Below, in pieces: positions 55,379 through 61,647 of a DNA stretch of 64,000 nucleotides (the first letter of the stretch is position 1; every line of letters starts with the position of its first letter). Under the pieces are notes generated by a model. The model did not search any database. It saw only the letters and a list, made by a program, of their open reading frames with translations, and was not told the DNA's origin. Both the position numbers and the translations under genes were made by a program. The stretch comes from an uncultured Acidobacteriota bacterium (GTDB lineage Bacteria > Acidobacteriota > Vicinamibacteria > Vicinamibacterales > SCN-69-37), in assembly GCA_963752045.1 (NCBI GenBank), contig CAVVWN010000007.1, forward strand, positions 9,978 through 73,977, read 5' to 3'.

Positions 55379-57684
55379 CCCGGCGCATCGAGAGCACGGT
55401 CGGCTCGCCCGGACACGCCCGCCACTCCGCAGCCGCAGATTGCCGGCATCGAGATCACGGGGAACCCCGGCTTCAGCGAAGCGGAACTGTCGAGCGCCCT
55501 TCGCCTCAAGCCGGGACAGCGCTTCGACATCCGGCGGTGGATCGACGACCGGGTCCGGCTCGAGCGGTTCTACCGGGACCGCGACTACCATCGCGTCCGC
55601 ATCGTGCCGACCCGCATCGAGGGAGATTCGGTCGGCAGCCCGCGCCGTTTGTCGCTCAGATACGACATCGATCGCGGACCGCGCACCGTTATCGAGGTCG
55701 CGGGCGACGACCTGCCCGCCGACGCGGTGAAAGAGATGCAAGAGGAATGGGGCGGCGTGCCGATCGCCGACATCCTCCGCGATGAATTCGAGCGCATCGC
55801 CCGCCTCGCGTTGGCCCGCCGCGGCTACTTTCGGGCCACCGTCGGCGCCGAGTTCACCACGTTGACCGACGAGCTCGAGCAGGCGGTGCTCACGGTCGAC
55901 CGCGGAGCGCGCACGCGGCACCAGCTGATCGCCTGGAGCGGCAACCGGGCGGTGACGGCCGCGGACCTCGACGCGATCGCCGCGGAACTGCCGGCCGAAC
56001 TGAGTCCGTTCGTCGACCCCCCGGCGCTCGTCAGGGACATCACGGCGCGGTACGCCGAAGCGGGCTTCTTCGATACCGAGGTCGTCGTGGGCGCGACCGC
56101 GTTCGATGGCGACACGGCCACACTGCCCATCGCGATTGTCGAAGGCCCGGTCTCGCGTGTGACGTCACTCGCACTCGAAGGCGTCGCCCCCGATCGACTC
56201 GATGGCGCACGGGCGGCGGTCGACCTGCCCGACGGTTCGACGTTCGGCTCGAGAACCGCCATCGAGGCACACCGGCGCCTCGAAGGTTTCTACGCCGACC
56301 TCGGCTATCGCGATGCCGCGGTCACCTACAGCGTCGACCGCTCGCCCGAGGGTTCGGTCGCCCTGGCGATGACGGTCGACGAAGGGTTGCCGCATGTCGT
56401 GAGCGACGTGCAGGTGTCGGGCGTCGAAAGCACGAGCCGCACGCTGGTCGATCGCGCCGTGACGCTCGCCCCGGGCCAGGAGGCTGGCCGGCAGCGCGCC
56501 CTCGACACACGCCGGAACCTGTACGACATCGGCACGTTCCGCCAGGTGGACGTCACGTTCGAGCCATCGGCGCTGGCCGCCGAACCGGGCGCGACGATTC
56601 CCGTCTGGGCCTCGGTGTCGGTCGAGGAACCGAGAAAGTACCAGCTCCGCTACGGCGTGCAGATATCGAGCAACTACACGGTGGCGACCGGCTTCGGCAA
56701 AACAGCGTTCGGCGCGACCGCCGAACTGCGCGACCGCAACTTCCTGGGACGGGGCATGCAGGCCAGCGTGGGCGCCCGCTACGACACCGACATCCAGGCG
56801 TTCAGCGTGCTGCTCTCGATGCCTCGGACCTTCGGGCGCGAGATTCGCACGAACATCTTCGCGCGCGAGCGCCGCGAGATTACCGACGCCGATGTATTGA
56901 CCTTCGAGGACCGCCGGCGGGACTTCACGTTCGAACAGCGCTGGCGGCCGCGGCAGACGTTCGAGATGGCCTGGAGCTACGCCTTCGGGTACCGGGCCTT
57001 CCGCCTGTCGGCGCCGGGCGATCTGGAAGACGAATCGGGCGGCTTCCTGGCCGGCCCGACCGCTCTCGGTCGTCCTCGACCATCGCGACGATCCGTTCGA
57101 CGCCACGAGCGGCTGGTTTCACTCGTCGAGCATCCAGGGCGGCCTCGAGTGGCTCGGCTCGGACCTCGACTACAGCCGGTACCTCGGACGGCAAACGCAC
57201 TACGTCTCGTTCGGACCGTTGACGTTTGCCGGTGGCGGCAGGTGGGGCACGCTCGACGCCTATCGAGGCGCGCCGCCTCTCTCGGTGCTCGACCTGTTCT
57301 TCACTGCCGGTGGCACGAACACCATCCGTGGCTATCCCGAAGGCTCGCTGTCGGCGGCCACGATCGAAGTCGTCAGGTTCGGCGACCTGCTGCTCATCCT
57401 TCCCGAGCCCCTGAAGGTGGGCGGCCCGGAGCTGCTCGTGCTCAACGGCGAGGTCCGCTATCCGGTTTTCCGACTGGATCCGGGGCGTGATCTTCGTGGA
57501 TGCCGGCAACACGTTCCTCAGCTGGAACGACATCTCGGCATCGAAGATGGCGGTTGGCGGCGGGCTGGGCATCCGCATCCGAACGCCGCTCGCGCCGCTC
57601 CGCTTCGATTTCGCGTATCCGCTCACGACGGGCTTCGGCTACCGCGGGCTGCGTATTCACTTTTCGATCGGGCAGATGTTCTAG
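55379..57684 (+). CDS. Omp85/BamA-like outer-membrane protein portion (20-aa linker, about 5 POTRA repeats, beta-barrel), read in frame from the TamB-like part; two further frame breaks as given (about 57055 and about 57470)
   Basis: Linker PGASRARSARPDTPATPQPQ, then POTRA-like units starting IAGIEITGNPGFSEAEL, EVAGDDLPADAV, LIAWSGNRAVTAADL, LALEGVAPDRLDGAR, VQVSGVESTSRTLVDR. Barrel: LRYGVQISSNY...RDRNFLGRGM...; own translation VVLDHRDDPFDATSGWFHSSSIQGGLEWLGSDLDYSRY; FFTAGGTNTIRGYPEGSL; C-terminus WIRGVIFVDAGNTF...GGGLGIRIRTPLAPLRFDFAYPL...RIHFSIGQMF (terminal Phe). Confidence 0.75.
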
Positions 57685-57715
57685 GCGCTGGGGTAAGATC
57701 CTCGGCGCGCCGCTC

Positions 57716-58159
57716 ATGATCGTCCAGATTGCCGTCGCGCTCGCTCTGACGACCGTTACCGTGCTGATCCACGCGCTCGGCACGATCGCGGCCATCCGGC
57801 GCCTGACGCGAGTGATCCAGACAAAGCAGCGGCTCGACTGGCTCGGGCTCGGCGCGCCGCTGGCCTTCCTCGTGAGCAGTCTCCTCACGCTGGCCGTGGT
57901 CGAGGTGCTCGTGTGGGCGGCCGTCTACCGGTGGGCCGGTCACCTGCCGGACTTCGAAACGGCGGTCTATTTCTCGTTCACGAGTTACACCACGGTCGGC
58001 TACGGCGACGTCGTGCTGCCGCTTGGCGGCCGGCTGCTCGGCCCAATCGAGGGCGCCGTCGGGGTCCTGATGTTCGGCTGGTCGACCAGCGTGCTCGTCG
58101 CAGCCATCAGCCGGATCGCCGCGTCGATGGGCAGCTCGGCTGCCGGCGACGGCCACTGA
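57716..58159 (+). CDS. Minimal two-TM potassium channel (KcsA-like pore, TVGYGD filter)
   Basis: 147 aa from the ATG at 57716: TM1 IAVALALTTVTVLIHALGTIAAI, pore helix/filter AVYFSFTSYTTVGYGDVV, TM2 GAVGVLMFGWSTSVLVAAI. Confidence 0.82.
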   Translation: MIVQIAVALALTTVTVLIHALGTIAAIRRLTRVIQTKQRLDWLGLGAPLAFLVSSLLTLAVVEVLVWAAVYRWAGHLPDFETAVYFSFTSYTTVGYGDVVLPLGGRLLGPIEGAVGVLMFGWSTSVLVAAISRIAASMGSSAAGDGH

Positions 58160-58177
58160 TCGAACCGGTTCTGCGCC

Positions 58178-58435
58178 ATGCTGAAAACGTTACTGATTGT
58201 CGTGTTCGTGGCGTACGGCATTCCGCTCTTCAAGCTGCGGTACCGCTGGCGGGCGACCGTGTATCGAATGACGGACTGGAAAATCAACGTTCTGCCGTGG
58301 TTCGGACACGACATAGCCGCGCTCTTCACCAACCGGTACTTTCACACCGACGACGAGCGCGCGATGGCCCGGCGCTTCCGCTGGTACCTCGCCGGCTACT
58401 TCGCGCTCCTGGCCGTCATCCTCTGGTTACCCTGA
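58178..58435 (+). CDS. Small membrane protein, unknown function
   Basis: 85 aa with hydrophobic ends (LLIVVFVAYGIPLF, LAGYFALLAVILWL). Tightly packed between the channel and DUF1295 genes. Confidence 0.45.
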   Translation: MLKTLLIVVFVAYGIPLFKLRYRWRATVYRMTDWKINVLPWFGHDIAALFTNRYFHTDDERAMARRFRWYLAGYFALLAVILWLP

Positions 58436-58438
58436 CCC

Positions 58439-59206
58439 ATGCCGAACGCACCAGACCTACTCGTCACCCTCGCGCTCAGCCTGGCGATCCAGGCCGTGTT
58501 CTTCGTCTTTGCCGCGTCGTTCAAGACGGACAAGGTGACCGATCTTTCCTACGGCCTGACGTTCATCCTCCTGGCGGTGTTCCTGCTGTTCAGGCACCCG
58601 CCGATGACCGGACCGTCGCTTGCGGTGACCGCGATGGTCGTCCTGTGGGGCGTGCGGCTCGCCGGGTATCTCCTCGTTCGCATCGTGCGCATGAAGCGCG
58701 ACAAGCGGTTCGACGGCATCCGCGAGCACTTCTGGAAGTTCTTTCAGTTCTGGTTCTTCCAGGGTGTCGTCGTGTGGATCATCATGGTGCCGGTCATCTT
58801 CTGGTTCGGCGCGCCTGGCCGGTGGAACCTGTGGATGACGATCGGCGTTCTGGTCTGGGCGACTGGCCTCGTCATCGAAACCGTCGCCGACGCGCAGAAG
58901 TTCCGATTCAAGTCGCAGCCGGGCGGTGGCGGGCGCTGGATCGACGCGGGCCTCTGGCGCCTCAGCCGCCACCCGAACTACTTCGGCGAGATCCTCTGCT
59001 GGTGGGGCGTGTTCCTGTTCACCTCACGGGACCTCGGCGCGTGGATCTGGGCCGGCGCCATCGGACCGGTGACGTTGACCCTGATCCTCCTCTTCTTCAC
59101 CGGCATCCCGACGCTCGAGAAGAGCGCGCGCGAGAAGTGGGGCGACGACCCCGAGTACCGGGCTTACCGCGAGCGGACGCGCCTGCTCGTGCCGTGGCCC
59201 AAGTGA
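58439..59206 (+). CDS. DUF1295 / steroid 5-alpha-reductase-like membrane protein
   Basis: 255 aa: KTDKVTDLSYGLTFILLA, VVLWGVRLAGYLLVRIVRMKRDKRFDGIRE, and GLWRLSRHPNYFGEILCWWGVF (the hallmark block). Confidence 0.8.
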   Translation: MPNAPDLLVTLALSLAIQAVFFVFAASFKTDKVTDLSYGLTFILLAVFLLFRHPPMTGPSLAVTAMVVLWGVRLAGYLLVRIVRMKRDKRFDGIREHFWKFFQFWFFQGVVVWIIMVPVIFWFGAPGRWNLWMTIGVLVWATGLVIETVADAQKFRFKSQPGGGGRWIDAGLWRLSRHPNYFGEILCWWGVFLFTSRDLGAWIWAGAIGPVTLTLILLFFTGIPTLEKSAREKWGDDPEYRAYRERTRLLVPWPK

Positions 59207-59207
59207 T

Positions 59208-59275
59208 GAAGGTCCGAGGGTCCGAGGGTCCGAGGGTCCGAGGGTCCGAGGGTCCGAGGGTCCGAGGGTCCCCGG
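59208..59275. repeat. Tandem 8-mer array (GGTCCGAG x8) starting 2 nt after the DUF1295 stop
   Basis: Read directly: GAAGGTCCGAGGGTCCGAGGGTCCGAGGGTCCGAGGGTCCGAGGGTCCGAGGGTCCGAGGGTCCCCGG. A short inverted copy, CCTCGGACCTTCGGCC, lies at 59340-59355. Confidence 0.85.
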
Positions 59276-59456
59276 AGTTCGCGGATAGGGTACGCTCGCC
59301 AGCCTCGTTTGGAGGAGAGTCGGCGACCGCCAGCTCGTTCCTCGGACCTTCGGCCCCCTTGATCCCTGACACGGCGCAGATTAGCTACTTGGGTCGCCCG
59401 CTCGTCCCTCCGGCCGACGGCCGACCCCAAGGTCTGCAGGTCCCCAGGCCCGAGCT

Positions 59457-60212
59457 CTAGGGCCGGGTGACGTGAATTCTGAACCGCGCGTAGAACGTCC
59501 CGATGTGCGTTCTCGGCCCTTTTCTGTTTTCGCGCATCACGCGCGTGATCGCGGGGTCCTGGCCGATTGGCTCGATGGACCAGTCGTTGCACCCGCCGGC
59601 GTCGGCGGCATTGCAGACCACCAGGGCGTCCGTCGTCTCCAGAAAGCCGTTGGACGAGCGCGCCGCCCCCTTGTGGTACGTAATTCCGCTGAAGACGAAG
59701 TTGGTGCCGAGCGGACATTCAAGAGAACTGCTCGCCGTCATCGTCTTCATGCTGCGGTTGACCTTCGTGCACATGGTGTGGATGTTGCCCGGTACGAGCT
59801 GCGTTCCCCAGTAGGGCGGCGTAGCAGGCACGAGGTAGGCCGGCTCGCCCAGTTGCACGGCGTCGTCCAAATCCAACGCGATGCCGAATCTTCTTCCCGC
59901 TGTCCCCGGCGAAAACTGCCAGTCGCCATGCGTGAGTCCGTTGTACACGTTGGCCGTGAGGATTGATTTCACTCCGCCGACGTTGTGGACATACGCGCCA
60001 AGACCATCGCCGAGTATGTCTGCGGGCAATCCATTTTCGTCAAGGTGCTCGATGTAGGTCGTGACCGAAAGGTCGCCCGACGGCTTCGCGGCCATTGCGT
60101 CTGGGCTTTGTGATGTGGGCGCCACCGGACTCGTCCCCTCAGGTCCGAATTCGGAACACGCCGTGTTGAAAACAAATAGAAGACCGAACGGTGCCAGTGC
60201 TTTCAGTTTCAT
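59457..60212 (-). CDS. Lipoprotein of unknown function (lower-GC gene; distant paralog of 36393..37142)
   Basis: 251 aa. Lipobox-type signal MKLKALAPFGLLFVFNTAC. No known domain. The local GC content is visibly lower than in the flanks. Confidence 0.6.
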   Translation of the reverse strand: MKLKALAPFGLLFVFNTACSEFGPEGTSPVAPTSQSPDAMAAKPSGDLSVTTYIEHLDENGLPADILGDGLGAYVHNVGGVKSILTANVYNGLTHGDWQFSPGTAGRRFGIALDLDDAVQLGEPAYLVPATPPYWGTQLVPGNIHTMCTKVNRSMKTMTASSSLECPLGTNFVFSGITYHKGAARSSNGFLETTDALVVCNAADAGGCNDWSIEPIGQDPAITRVMRENRKGPRTHIGTFYARFRIHVTRP

Positions 60213-60276
60213 GAAATGTCCTCACAAGTAATCAAGTAATAACGACGGCCAGCAGTAAACCGGAAAACTGCTCCAG

Positions 60277-60335
60277 ACTCGGACCGTCGGACCCTAGGAC
60301 CTTCGGACCTTCGGACCTTCGGACCCTCGGACCTC
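60277..60335. repeat. Tandem 8-mer array (CTCGGACC/CTTCGGAC x7), inverted relative to 59208-59275
   Basis: Read directly: ACTCGGACCGTCGGACCCTAGGACCTTCGGACCTTCGGACCTTCGGACCCTCGGACCTCC. Confidence 0.85.
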
Positions 60336-60539
60336 CTGGCCATCGGCGTAGGGATTGCCGTCGGAGCAGATGTCACAGCTTTGGTTGGCTGAGTCCGTAT
60401 CTTCAATCGTCACTGACAGGGCGACCGGTGTCTGACCGCCCCCACCTGCTCCAGGCTTCTTCTTGCCTTGCCTGGCCATCGGCTGAGTGGCCAGCAGGGA
60501 CACGGCGAGGACAGATACGAGCAGGGCGACTCGATTCAT
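60294..60539 (-). CDS. Small secreted protein; the C-terminus and stop codon lie inside the 8-mer array (possible truncated paralog of the downstream lipoprotein)
   Basis: 81 aa from the ATG at 60539: MNRVALLVSVLAVSLLATQPMA (signal) ...VALSVTIEDTDSANQSCDICSDGNPYADGQEVRGSEGPKVRRS-stop. The block ALSVTIEDTDSANQ..DICSDG resembles DLSVTTYIEHLDENGLPADILGDG of the 59457..60212 protein. Confidence 0.4.
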   Translation of the reverse strand: MNRVALLVSVLAVSLLATQPMARQGKKKPGAGGGGQTPVALSVTIEDTDSANQSCDICSDGNPYADGQEVRGSEGPKVRRS

Positions 60540-60687
60540 GGGAAGACTCCCACCCGCGTTTCTACGCAAATGGCCGTCCGGAGTCCTTATGGAAACCTGA
60601 TCTTGGGGTGATCACGCGAGAAACCCGGCCTTCCTGGCCCTGATCCCGAGGCTTCTCCGGGGCGACGTCCGAATCGGCCGCCGCGGC

Positions 60688-61521
60688 CTACGGGCGCCAG
60701 CCGAGCTCCCGCCGGCTGAAATCGAACTGCAGGAAGGAAGAGCCCAGGACGGTTGGCGCAAGGAGGCCCTTCACGGGGCGGGTCGCGACCGGAGCCTCGG
60801 CGACCACTGCCTGCAGGTTGTTCACGCGCCAGGCGCCGACCCTGAGCTCCGGCAGAAGCAGCCCCTGAATCGCCACCGTGCCCCCGAGAATGGACGCGGC
60901 AATCGCCCCCGCCTGTTCGAACGTGCGGTCGCCGGTCGGCAGGAACAGCACGACGTGGCTCGCCCCCGTGTCGACGATGAGCTCGGCGGGAACGCCGCCG
61001 ATGTCGACGCTGACCACGGGGAACACGGGGTCCGGTCCCAGCGGGATGAGGTGACGGGTTCGGGTCCCCACCCCGAACGACAGGCGCCGGCGCGCGTAGT
61101 CGATTGCGAAGCTCGCGCGACCGAGCACGTCCATGCCGATGATCCCGTCGAGCCGGTCGAGTCCAAGCGATTCAGTCGTGGCGGACAAGTCGGTCGAGAC
61201 GACTCTAAGGTCGTCCGCGCGTACGTCACCAATGCGCAGATCGGGAAGCACGACCTCCGCGCCCGCCATCGTCCTCCCGAACGTCAAGACCGACGTGGCC
61301 CGGCCCGTGAGTCCGAGTGAGGCAGCCACCGGTGTGTCGACGACCGTCCGGCTCGTGCCGGTGTCGACCAGCAGCCGAAGCTCGTCGCGGGCTCCGGCGC
61401 TGGCAGAGATGACAATCAGATGGCCCCGGTGGAGCTCAAAGGCCACATCGACGGGTGCGTTCGAGGTCAAGCCGCAGCAGAGAGCTGCGGCCATGACGAG
61501 CATGGCAACTCGGCCTGGCAT
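60688..61521 (-). CDS. Secreted tandem retropepsin-like aspartic protease (two DTG domains in one chain)
   Basis: 277 aa with a signal peptide, then LLVDTGTSRTVVD (domain 1) and LIVDTGASHVVLF (domain 2), each followed by IIGMDVLG/ILGG-type flap/dimer blocks. Confidence 0.75.
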   Translation of the reverse strand: MPGRVAMLVMAAALCCGLTSNAPVDVAFELHRGHLIVISASAGARDELRLLVDTGTSRTVVDTPVAASLGLTGRATSVLTFGRTMAGAEVVLPDLRIGDVRADDLRVVSTDLSATTESLGLDRLDGIIGMDVLGRASFAIDYARRRLSFGVGTRTRHLIPLGPDPVFPVVSVDIGGVPAELIVDTGASHVVLFLPTGDRTFEQAGAIAASILGGTVAIQGLLLPELRVGAWRVNNLQAVVAEAPVATRPVKGLLAPTVLGSSFLQFDFSRRELGWRP

Positions 61522-61647
61522 GGCAATGTCCCCCGCCTACGGTGTATGCGGGGGACCCCAGCCGAGTCCTTATGGCTATGCGAGGTTCTACCGATGAACC
61601 GCCGATGTTCTGGTGATTCTCGGTTCCTCCGTCGTCCGGAGTTTGCG

